NCBI GenBank assembly: GCA_021818615.1 | Contig: JAKATT010000183.1 | Location: forward strand, 1-41,463 | DNA length: 41,463 nt | DNA from: Actinomycetes bacterium | GTDB lineage: Bacteria > Actinomycetota > Acidimicrobiia > Acidimicrobiales > Bog-793 | Direction of reading: 5' to 3' | Part shown: piece after piece, positions 34,213 to 41,463 of the stretch | Position numbering within the stretch: position 1 is the stretch's first letter | How the letters are laid out: every line of letters starts with the position of its first letter | Translations under genes and position numbers: made by a program | Notes under the pieces: generated by a model | The model's database searches: none | What the model was told of the DNA's origin: nothing | What the model saw: the letters and a program-made list of their open reading frames with translations, nothing else

Positions 34213-34671
34213 TCACTGCTCGGCCCGCTGCTCGGCCCGCTGCTCGGCCCGCTGCTCGGCCCGCTGCAGCAGGAAGGTGCCGGTGGCACGGCTCACGAGG
34301 GCGCCCTCTGCGGTCTCGACGCGGGCTTCGGCGAACGCGATCTGTCGCGCCTCTCGCACGACGGCGCCACGGACGGCCAGGCGGTCGCCGACCGCTGCCG
34401 GCCGCATCGCCTCTGTCTTCATCTCGAGGGTGGCCTTGGTTCGGTCGCGCCCTCGTAGGCCGGCGTTGACGGCAAAGTTCATCGCCGCGTCGAGCACGAC
34501 CGAGTGGACTCCCGCCTGGACGATCCCGTGCGGGTTGCAGGCGAGCTGCCTCGGCTCCCAGACGGCGGTCGCCCATCCCGCCTGGTCGTCGTCTTCGACG
34601 CCGTAGTCGTCGAAGGACACGCCGACGGCGGCGAGGAGCTCCATTCCGCCGTCGCCGAGCCAGCGGCTCAT
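34213..34671 (-). CDS. PaaI/hotdog-fold thioesterase
   Basis: NPHGIVQAGVHSVVLDAAMNFAV...the core is typical of PaaI-type thioesterases. The start is uncertain (ATG at 34671 or GTG at 34767). The C-terminus is (RAEQ)x4. Confidence 0.7.
   Translation of the reverse strand: MSRWLGDGGMELLAAVGVSFDDYGVEDDDQAGWATAVWEPRQLACNPHGIVQAGVHSVVLDAAMNFAVNAGLRGRDRTKATLEMKTEAMRPAAVGDRLAVRGAVVREARQIAFAEARVETAEGALVSRATGTFLLQRAEQRAEQRAEQRAEQ
34217..34264. repeat. 4 x 12-bp perfect tandem repeat (TGCTCGGCCCGC) at the 3' end of the thioesterase gene
   Basis: Units start at 34217, 34229, 34241 and 34253. The repeat abuts the stop codon (34213-34215). Confidence 0.95.
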
Positions 34672-34877
34672 GTCCTTTGGTGGGGTCTCGGAGTCGCCCG
34701 CGAGGCTTGCACTCTGCTCGGCCGGCGAGCTCCCGCCCGAGCCCGGCACGTCGCTCGCTGTCGTCACGGCCGGTCAGGCTAGCCGGGTGGCTGCCCGTGG
34801 GCGCCCGACGGTACTCTCCTTTCCGGCACGTCAGCAATCGAGCGACTGCCATTCGCTCACAGCCGAGGAGAGTCGGG

Positions 34878-36056
34878 ATGCCGAACGCCGTAATCGTGGA
34901 CGCCGTCCGTACGCCAGGAGGCAGGCGCAACGGCAAGCTCTCCGGCTGGCACCCGGTCGATCTCGCAGCCGAGACGCTGAAGGCGCTCGCCCAGCGCAAC
35001 GACCTCGACCCGGCGATCGTCGACGACGTCGTCATGGGCTGCGTGATGCAGGTGGGTGACCAGGCCCTGAACGTCGGGCGGAACGCCGTGCTGGCAGCCG
35101 GTTGGCCCGAGTCGGTACCTGCGACCACCGTCGACCGCCAGTGCGGCTCGTCCCAGCAGGCACTCCACTTCGTCGCGCAGGGCGTCATAGCCGGTGCGTA
35201 CGACGTCGCCATAGCAGCAGGCGTCGAGACGATGACGCGGGTGCCCATGGGTGCCTCGATCGGCTCGGGGGTGGGGTTCCCCTTCGGGCCGAGCGTCCGC
35301 CAGCGCTACGAACCTGCGGGCGGCCTGGTGCCCCAGGGGATCTCGGCCGAGATGATCGCCGAGAAGTGGGCCATCTCGCGCGAGGAGCTCGACGGGTTCG
35401 GGGCGCGCTCTCAGCAGCTCGGCCTGCGAGCGACCGAGGAGGGCCGTTTCGAGCGTGAGCTCCTGCCCGTCGCGGTGCGCGATGCCGAGGGCAACCTCAC
35501 CGACGAGCTGCTCGCCGCCGACGAGGGTCTCCGGCCGGGCACGACGGTGGAGACGCTCGCCAAGCTGAAGCCGGCGTTCAAGGAGGACGGCAAGGTCACA
35601 GCCGGGAACTCCTCCCAGATCACCGACGGCGCCGCCGCAGTCCTCGTCATGTCCGAGGAGCGGGCGGTCGAGCTGGGCCTGCGTCCGAGGGCCCGTGTCG
35701 TCGGGTTCTCCGTGGTCGGCGTCGACCCGGTGACGATGCTCACCGGTCCGATCCCTGCGACTCTGAAGGTGCTCGAGCGCGCGAAGCTCTCGATGGACGA
35801 CATCGACCTCGTCGAGATCAACGAGGCCTTCGCCTCGGTCGTCCTTGCCTGGGAGAAGGAGCTCCATCCGGACATGTCCAAGGTGAACGTGAACGGCGGT
35901 GCGATCGCCCTCGGGCACCCCCTCGGGGCGTCGGGAGCAAAGCTGATGGCGACGCTCTTGAACGAGCTCGAGCGCCGCGGCGGCCGTTACGGCCTCCAGA
36001 CGATGTGCGAGGGCGGCGGGCTCGCCAACGCCACCGTCATCGAGCGCCTCGACTGA
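34878..36056 (+). CDS. Acetyl-CoA C-acetyltransferase (thiolase)
   Basis: MPNAVIVDAVRTPGGRRNG...VDRQCGSSQQA...NVNGGAIALGHPLGASGA...CEGGGLANA. GAGGAG lies upstream of the ATG at 34878. Confidence 0.92.
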   Translation: MPNAVIVDAVRTPGGRRNGKLSGWHPVDLAAETLKALAQRNDLDPAIVDDVVMGCVMQVGDQALNVGRNAVLAAGWPESVPATTVDRQCGSSQQALHFVAQGVIAGAYDVAIAAGVETMTRVPMGASIGSGVGFPFGPSVRQRYEPAGGLVPQGISAEMIAEKWAISREELDGFGARSQQLGLRATEEGRFERELLPVAVRDAEGNLTDELLAADEGLRPGTTVETLAKLKPAFKEDGKVTAGNSSQITDGAAAVLVMSEERAVELGLRPRARVVGFSVVGVDPVTMLTGPIPATLKVLERAKLSMDDIDLVEINEAFASVVLAWEKELHPDMSKVNVNGGAIALGHPLGASGAKLMATLLNELERRGGRYGLQTMCEGGGLANATVIERLD

Positions 36057-36092
36057 CTTGGCCTGCCGATACGATGACGCCTTGGCGCCAGT

Positions 36093-36521
36093 TCAGTGGT
36101 AGGTGGTCGCCATCACGAGGCCGGCGATGATAGCGACGATGCCGGCGACGAGGTAGTAGTTGTGCGTGCCACTCGGCAGCACGCCTACGTAGTTGAGCAC
36201 GATGAGGAGCAGTCCGAGGACGAGCAGGGCAAGCAGGAGCACCCCGACCCAGGCCGGGCTCTTGCGCTGCTCCTTGGGGATGGGCGGCGTGTAGCGGCCC
36301 GAGCTGCCGGGACGCCCGCTGCCGGGACGCCCGTTGCCGGTCGCGCCCCTCGCCGCCCTCGCCCCTCTCGTCCCCCTCGTCCCCCTCGTGCGGTGCTGTG
36401 CCTGGCTCTCGCCCTTTGGAGTCACGCGACCCGTCCGAGGAGCGCCCCGCTTCCCGCCGGGCCCCTGGGCTGATGCTGACTGGTCTCTGCTCTCGGACTT
36501 GCTCTGCGGCACGGTCGGCAA
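36093..36521 (-). CDS. crgA: Cell division protein CrgA with an expanded repeat-rich N-terminal region
   Basis: Starts MP..SKS. Two C-terminal TM helices (SPAWVGVLLLALLVLGLLLIVLNYVG; NYYLVAGIVAIIAGLVMATTYH), as in CrgA. Conserved position next to trpG-pknB. At 142 aa it seems longer than CrgA proteins I recall (roughly 90 aa, unverified). Confidence 0.7.
   Translation of the reverse strand: MPTVPQSKSESRDQSASAQGPGGKRGAPRTGRVTPKGESQAQHRTRGTRGTRGARAARGATGNGRPGSGRPGSSGRYTPPIPKEQRKSPAWVGVLLLALLVLGLLLIVLNYVGVLPSGTHNYYLVAGIVAIIAGLVMATTYH
36303..36332. repeat. 2 x 15-bp perfect tandem repeat (GCTGCCGGGACGCCC) in crgA, followed by a 9-bp CTCGTCCCC-type repeat at ~36366-36390
   Basis: 36303-36317 equals 36318-36332. 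These encode GRPGSGRPGS and TRGTRGTRG on the minus strand. Confidence 0.9.
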
Positions 36522-36575
36522 GGTTAGCTACGACTGGAGCGGTACCCTCACCGCAGCCCGAGGAGCAGCCCTAGC

Positions 36576-37208
36576 GTGCGGGTCGTCGTAATCGACAACT
36601 ACGACAGCTTCGTCTACAACCTCGTGCAGTATCTGGGCGAGCTCGGCGCCGAGCCGCTCGTCGTCCGCAACGACGAGGTCGACGTCGCAGAACTGGGCCA
36701 CCTCTCGCCCGACGCGCTGCTCGTCTCTCCCGGTCCCGGCCGACCCGGCAGCGCAGGGATCAGCAAGGAGGCGATCCTCGCCCTCGGCTCGGCCGGCGTG
36801 CCTGTCCTCGGCGTCTGCCTCGGCCACCAATGTGTCGGAGAGGTCTTCGGCGGCTCGATCGTACGCGCGCCCGAGGTGGTGCATGGGAAAGCGTCGAACA
36901 TCTTGCACGACGGCTCCGGTGTCTTCGCCGGCCTGCCCAACCCGTTCCTCGCGACCCGCTATCACTCCCTCGTCGTCGAGGCGCTGTCCGTCCCAGAGGT
37001 GCTCGAGGTGACCGCCCGCTCGTCCGATGGCCTCGTCATGGGGCTGAGGCACCGCGCACTGCCGATCGAAGGAGTCCAGTTCCACCCCGAGTCGATCCTC
37101 ACCGGCGACGCCGGCAGGACCCTCGTGCGCAACTTCGTCTCGATGGCCGGAAAGGGCCCCGCCGGGACGAGCCCGCGGGCGGCGCCACCGGCTGCGCGAT
37201 CGAGCTAG
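36576..37208 (+). CDS. trpG: Glutamine amidotransferase component II (anthranilate/aminodeoxychorismate synthase)
   Basis: MRVVVIDNYDSFVYNLVQYLGELG...GVCLGHQ...GVQFHPESI. Confidence 0.9.
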   Translation: MRVVVIDNYDSFVYNLVQYLGELGAEPLVVRNDEVDVAELGHLSPDALLVSPGPGRPGSAGISKEAILALGSAGVPVLGVCLGHQCVGEVFGGSIVRAPEVVHGKASNILHDGSGVFAGLPNPFLATRYHSLVVEALSVPEVLEVTARSSDGLVMGLRHRALPIEGVQFHPESILTGDAGRTLVRNFVSMAGKGPAGTSPRAAPPAARSS

Positions 37209-39253
37209 TGCCGCCCGTGACGCTGGTGATGACCCTGCAGCGTCGGGAGCGTGGTCGCGCTGGTCGTAGTGGTCGTGGTGGTGGAAGTAGTCGTGGTGGT
37301 GGTGGGACCGCTGTCGATGACGATCGTCACCGAGGCGCCGGCCGCAGCCTGAGTGCCGCCAGTCGGCGTCTGGCTGATGACGGTGTTCTGCTGGGCAACC
37401 GACCCGGTCGTGTACTGCACGATGACCTGGAAGCCCTTGGCTGACAGAGCCGCCTGGGCCTGGGGCTGGGTGTCGTTGAGGACGTTCGGCACGGTCACGC
37501 CCGGCCCGGCGGACACGATGATGTTGATGTAGGTCCCGACCGGCTCGGTCGTGCCCGGTGGTGGGCTCGTCGTGACGACGTCGCCCTTCGGGACCGTGGC
37601 AGAGAGCTGGGTCTGCGAGGTCGCCCCGACCTTCAGCCCTGCGTTGTAGAGCTCGGCTTCGGCGTTCGGCAGTGTCTTGCCGGTGAGATCAGTGGGCACT
37701 TTCACCAGCTGGGCACCGGAGATGTAGTAGAGCGTCACGGTGCTTCCGGGAGGTCTCAGGATGCCCGGGCTCGGAGACTGCCGGACGACGAGGCCCTGGG
37801 TCTGGTTCGGGCTGGTCGGGCGCACCGGTACGAGGGCCACCTTGAAGCCCTTGGCCTTGAGAGCTGTCTCCGCCGTGTTGTAGGGCACATCGAATTCGCT
37901 CGGCACCTGGATGTCTGCCAAGCCGGCCGAGTAGGAGAGCGTGACTGTGCTCCCCGACCTCACCACCGTGAGCGGTCCGGGGACCTGGCCGATCACGACG
38001 CCCTTCGGCTTGCTCGAGTGCTCGGGGTTGAGCTGGTACCTGAGGCCGTGCTGCTTGAGGATTGCCTCGGCTTGACTGAGCGGGGAGCCGATGACGTCCG
38101 GCTCTCTCACCGATGGCTTCGCGCCGAAGTAGCCGAGCTGGCGACCCCCGTAGTAGACCAGCACCCCGAGTGCTGCGAGCAGGAGCAGCCCGGCGAGGAC
38201 CCAGGGGATCCAGCGGCGCTTCGGCATCTCGGAAGGGACCCCGTCGCCGTGAGCGACCTCCGTGCGCTGCTCGACGGCGGTCGCCGGCGTCCCAGCCATC
38301 GGCCCCGGCAACACGGTCGTCGTCGCAGGAGAGAGCATCTGGGTGGCCGCCGCCCCGAGGGTGCCGCCGGTCGCCATCGCGGCTGCTCCCGCCAGCACGG
38401 GCGACCCCTGCGAGAAGCGCTGCAGGTCTGCGCGCAGGTCCTCGGCGGTCGCATAGCGGTCCCCCGGGTGCTTGGCCATCGCCCGCAGGATGATCGCCTC
38501 GAGCGCCCCGGGCACTCGTGACTCGATCTCTCGAGGTCGCACCGGGGTCTCCGAGACGTGCTTGTAGGCGATGGCGACCGGCGTGTCCGCGGCGAACGGC
38601 GGACGCCCCGTCACCATCTCGTAGAGGACGACGCCGAGAGAGTAGACGTCGCTGCGACCGTCGACGCCGAAGCCCTGCGCCTGCTCGGGCGAGAAGTACG
38701 TGGCCGTTCCCATCACGAGCCCGGTCTGGGTCACGTTGTCGTCGGCCCCGATCGCCCGGGCGATGCCGAAGTCGGTCACCTTTACCTGCCCGTCGCGGGT
38801 GAGAAGGACGTTGCCCGGCTTGATGTCGCGGTGGACGACGCCGTGGCGGTGGGCGTAGCTGAGAGCCTTGGCGATGTCGGCTGCGACCGCGGCCGAGCGC
38901 ACCGGCGAGAGCGGCGCCTCAGACTTGATGACGGCCGACAGCGGCTCGCCGTCGACGTACTCCATGACGATGAAATAGGTGCGGTCCGACTCCCCCCAGT
39001 CGAAGACCGGGACGATGTTCGGATGCGAGAGGTTGGCGGCCGCCTGCGCCTCCCGTCGGAAACGATCGACGAACGAGCTGTCGCTCGACAGCTCCGGGAA
39101 CAGCACCTTCAGCGCGACCGGGCGGTCCAGGAGGAGATCCCTCGCGAGATAGACCTGGGCGGTACCGCCGCGGGCGATCTGGTGGCTGAGCTCGTAGCGG
39201 CCGTTGTAGATCGGCGGGGAGCTGTCCCCAGGCCTGGTGGGGTTGCGGCTCAT
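37205..39253 (-). CDS. pknB: Ser/Thr protein kinase PknB with four PASTA domains
   Basis: Kinase motifs are present (GGTAQVYLA, HRDIKPGNVLL, DFGIARA, SPEQA), then a TM segment (WIPWVLAGLLLLAALGVLVYY) and four PASTA-like repeats. A poly-Thr C-terminal tail follows. The stop overlaps the trpG stop (CTAG). Confidence 0.92.
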   Translation of the reverse strand: MSRNPTRPGDSSPPIYNGRYELSHQIARGGTAQVYLARDLLLDRPVALKVLFPELSSDSSFVDRFRREAQAAANLSHPNIVPVFDWGESDRTYFIVMEYVDGEPLSAVIKSEAPLSPVRSAAVAADIAKALSYAHRHGVVHRDIKPGNVLLTRDGQVKVTDFGIARAIGADDNVTQTGLVMGTATYFSPEQAQGFGVDGRSDVYSLGVVLYEMVTGRPPFAADTPVAIAYKHVSETPVRPREIESRVPGALEAIILRAMAKHPGDRYATAEDLRADLQRFSQGSPVLAGAAAMATGGTLGAAATQMLSPATTTVLPGPMAGTPATAVEQRTEVAHGDGVPSEMPKRRWIPWVLAGLLLLAALGVLVYYGGRQLGYFGAKPSVREPDVIGSPLSQAEAILKQHGLRYQLNPEHSSKPKGVVIGQVPGPLTVVRSGSTVTLSYSAGLADIQVPSEFDVPYNTAETALKAKGFKVALVPVRPTSPNQTQGLVVRQSPSPGILRPPGSTVTLYYISGAQLVKVPTDLTGKTLPNAEAELYNAGLKVGATSQTQLSATVPKGDVVTTSPPPGTTEPVGTYINIIVSAGPGVTVPNVLNDTQPQAQAALSAKGFQVIVQYTTGSVAQQNTVISQTPTGGTQAAAGASVTIVIDSGPTTTTTTSTTTTTTTSATTLPTLQGHHQRHGRH

Positions 39254-39321
39254 GCGACCTCGAGCCTATTGGAGTGGCGGGGAGGCCGAGGACCCGCCTC
39301 AGCCGGGGCGCCAAGAACGCG

Positions 39322-39375
39322 AGCGGCGCTGCGGGCGCTGCGGGCGCTGCGGGCGCTGCGGGCGCTGCGGGCGCG
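39322..39375. repeat. ~6 x 9-bp tandem repeat (GCGGGCGCT) in the pbpA-pknB spacer
   Basis: Four perfect full units start at 39331, 39340, 39349 and 39358, and a fifth at 39367 has 1 mismatch. There is a partial copy before them. A 2 x 15-bp repeat (GGGCCAGCCCC...) follows at 39392-39417. Confidence 0.9.
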
Positions 39376-39446
39376 AGCGCCAGCACCGTAAGGGCCAGCC
39401 CCGTGAGGGCCAGCCCCTGTCCCGCAGGCACCGCAAAGGCAACGGC

Positions 39447-40988
39447 TCATGGGGCGAGCCCGAGCGCCTGGCGGAGGATGGGGATCAGCACCGGGCCGGC
39501 GACCGACGCACCCGTCGGGTTGGTGGCACACGATGTCGAGTTGCTCGGTATGGGCACGACCGCGGCCGCTGCGACCGTCGGCGTCTCCCCGGGTCCGGCA
39601 GGCCCGAAGGAGACGAGCCAGTTGTAGGTGCCGCAGACGTTCTTCTGCGGCTCTGCGGTGCCGGTCTTGGCAGCCATCGTCGGCATGCCCTGGCCGTACT
39701 GTTGGAAGACCCCGTAGGCGGTGCCAGCAGGGTTCTGGGTGACCCCCAGCATGAGCTTGCGCACCTGCTGGGCGGTGCTCGCAGACGTCGCCTGGCGCCA
39801 CACCTGTGGCTTCGCCTGGTACTCGATGTTGCCGTACTTGCCGACCGCCCGCGAGACCAGGTAGGGCTTCATCATCTTCCCGTGGTTGGCGATCGCCGCG
39901 GCCACGAGCGCCATCTGCAGCGCGGTGGCGGTGTCGTCGAGCTGGCCGATGGCCGAGTAGCCCATGTAGGGAGTGGCGCCGATCTGGGAGGGCGAGGGAA
40001 AGATGCTCGGGGCGACCTCTGCCTTCGGCAAGTCGATCGGGGGCGTCGAGTCGAAGCCGAACGAGCGTGCCTCGAGGGCGAGGTTGATCGGCCCGAGGGC
40101 GACGCCGATGCGGCTGAAGGAAGTGTCGCACGACTGGAGCAGCGCCATCGCCAGGTCCCCTCCGCACAGCTCGCTCGCGTAGTTGTGGATCTTCTGCGGC
40201 GGATTGCCCGAGTTGGGAAAGCTGTAGGAAGACTCGACCGGGTAGATCCTCGTCGCAAGCGAAGGGTCGTGGTCGAAGATGGCCGAGGTGGTGACGATCT
40301 TGAAGGTCGAGCCCGGCGCGAGCGGGCGGTAGGTGGCGAGGTTCGGCAGCGGGCTGTCGTTGTACGGATAAGCGGCGATGCGCTTGTAAGCGGCGTCGGC
40401 GACCTTCGGCGAGTGCGATGCGAGCCCGTTCGGGTTGTAGCTCGGGTACTCCGCCATGGCAAGGACTGCTCCGGTACGCGGGTCGAGCACCACCATGGCA
40501 CTTCCCGGCTCGTTGGCGGCCTTCAGCACGTTGTAGGCGGCGACTTGGAGCTTCTCCGAGACGGTGAGCTGGACCGTGTCGGTCTCGGTGTGCTGGCTGA
40601 GCAGCTGCCCGAGGGTGTTCGTCGGTGACTCGTGCTGGGCAAGCAGCGAGTCGTATTGAGCCTCGATCCCATAGGGGTCCGACGCCGCGACGACGTCGTA
40701 GTACCCGGTGATGGGTGCGAAGGCCTCGGCTGTGAGCGGCGGGTAGATGCGCTGCCAGCGCCAGTAGTCGTGGACCGGCTTCGATTCTGCCAGCACGTAG
40801 CCGTCCGCGGACACTATCGCTCCCCTCGGCAGCCGAAGCGCCGAGACCGCCGACGATGCCGTCTCGTTGATGAGCGGGTTCTTCACCAGCTTCGGCGCCT
40901 GCCGGACCTGGATGTTGTTCAGCTGGATGAAAAGGACGACGAAGCAGAGAAGCATCACTGCGCCCACCCAGCGGATTCTCGGGTTCAC
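39447..40988 (-). CDS. pbpA: Penicillin-binding protein (class B transpeptidase, PbpA-like)
   Basis: N-terminal TM anchor. Active-site motifs are STFK (PGSTFKIVT), SGN (FPNSGN) and KTG (AAKTGTAE). Confidence 0.9.
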   Translation of the reverse strand: MNPRIRWVGAVMLLCFVVLFIQLNNIQVRQAPKLVKNPLINETASSAVSALRLPRGAIVSADGYVLAESKPVHDYWRWQRIYPPLTAEAFAPITGYYDVVAASDPYGIEAQYDSLLAQHESPTNTLGQLLSQHTETDTVQLTVSEKLQVAAYNVLKAANEPGSAMVVLDPRTGAVLAMAEYPSYNPNGLASHSPKVADAAYKRIAAYPYNDSPLPNLATYRPLAPGSTFKIVTTSAIFDHDPSLATRIYPVESSYSFPNSGNPPQKIHNYASELCGGDLAMALLQSCDTSFSRIGVALGPINLALEARSFGFDSTPPIDLPKAEVAPSIFPSPSQIGATPYMGYSAIGQLDDTATALQMALVAAAIANHGKMMKPYLVSRAVGKYGNIEYQAKPQVWRQATSASTAQQVRKLMLGVTQNPAGTAYGVFQQYGQGMPTMAAKTGTAEPQKNVCGTYNWLVSFGPAGPGETPTVAAAAVVPIPSNSTSCATNPTGASVAGPVLIPILRQALGLAP

Positions 40989-40998
40989 GGCCTGCTCC

Positions 40999-41463
40999 TC
41001 ATCCGGTCTTCGAGGTGGTCGTCGTGGTCGAGGCCGGCCTGGTGGTCGTCGTGGTCGAGGCCGGCCTGGTGGTCGTCGTGGTCGAGGCCGGCCTGGTCGT
41101 CGTCGTGGTCGAGGCCGGCCTGGTCGTCGTCGTGGTCGAGGCCGGCCTGGTCGTCGATGGCGTGTAGGCGGTCGATGGGGGGGCCGTCGAAGCCGGCAGG
41201 GTGGACGTGGCGAGCCCGAGGAGACCGAAGCTCTTCTCCTTCGCCAGCTCGGTCACCAGCTGGCGCGCGGCGGCAAGCGACGACTCAGTCACTCCCGCCT
41301 TCAGCTCGGACACGGTAGAGGCGAGCAGCTTGCGGGTCTTCACGCGGCTGACGTCGATCAATTGCGGCTTGAACCAGAGCATCCCCCCGGGCCGTCCCTG
41401 GTAGATCGCCACCCGGTTGCCGTCGAGACCGACGTAGAACGAGGACTGGTTGAACCAGATGAC
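40999..41463 (-). CDS. 3' part of a gene continuing beyond the window; C-terminal domain plus (RPASTTTTT)x5 tail
   Basis: The frame is open to the window edge (VIWFNQSSFYVGLDGNRVAIYQGRPGGMLWFKPQLIDVS...). By position and a vaguely remembered motif it could be the C-terminus of a PstP-like PP2C phosphatase. This is unverified. Confidence 0.55.
   Translation of the reverse strand, partial: VIWFNQSSFYVGLDGNRVAIYQGRPGGMLWFKPQLIDVSRVKTRKLLASTVSELKAGVTESSLAAARQLVTELAKEKSFGLLGLATSTLPASTAPPSTAYTPSTTRPASTTTTTRPASTTTTTRPASTTTTTRPASTTTTTRPASTTTTTSKTG
41014..41148. repeat. 5 x 27-bp near-perfect tandem repeat
   Basis: Units start at 41014, 41041 and 41068 (identical) and at 41095 and 41122 (identical to each other, 1 nt different from the first three). 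A partial sixth copy follows. Confidence 0.95.

Noticed and set aside
38919-39431. 170-aa ORF covering the pbpA-pknB spacer (PAAPAAPAA...)
   Set aside because: It is a translation of the 9-bp repeat and then runs out of frame through the pknB kinase domain. It is not a pknA substitute.

Overview
This is a high-GC chromosomal segment that looks actinobacterial. The dnaK-grpE-dnaJ-hspR operon and the crgA-trpG-pknB-pbpA division cluster are typical Actinomycetota synteny.

Most of the window is housekeeping:
- an APC permease and an ABC exporter
- merR-ahcY, divergent from dcd
- a membrane Fe-S (CCG-domain) reductase
- amtB-glnK, followed by a stand-alone cNMP-binding protein
- gpmA and a Tat-lipoprotein FAD/BBE oxidase
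- an ACT-domain protein
- dnaK-grpE-dnaJ-hspR-clpB
- a translationally coupled purA-purD-purB-purC-purS-purQ block, then purL
- a PaaI thioesterase and a thiolase
- crgA, trpG, pknB, pbpA

The only clearly accessory part is the left ~3.3 kb, which abuts the 3' end of a tRNA-Gly(CCC). It holds:
- a frameshifted replication-relaxation-like gene
- a ~490-bp non-coding stretch with two repeat arrays: four 13-mers phased at exactly 33 bp, and three tandem 23-mers
- two consecutive genes of unknown function

I read this as a decayed integrated plasmid/AICE-like remnant. It is the best place in the window for something undescribed.

A second window-wide oddity is an unusual density of short, near-perfect, GC-rich tandem repeats (units of 8, 9, 12, 15, 18 and 27 bp). 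Many are in-frame insertions inside conserved housekeeping genes (Fe-S reductase, grpE, hspR, purL, crgA).

Product calls come from recognising conserved motifs in the supplied translations. No database search was possible. Many long ORFs in the track are high-GC shadow ORFs and were discarded.
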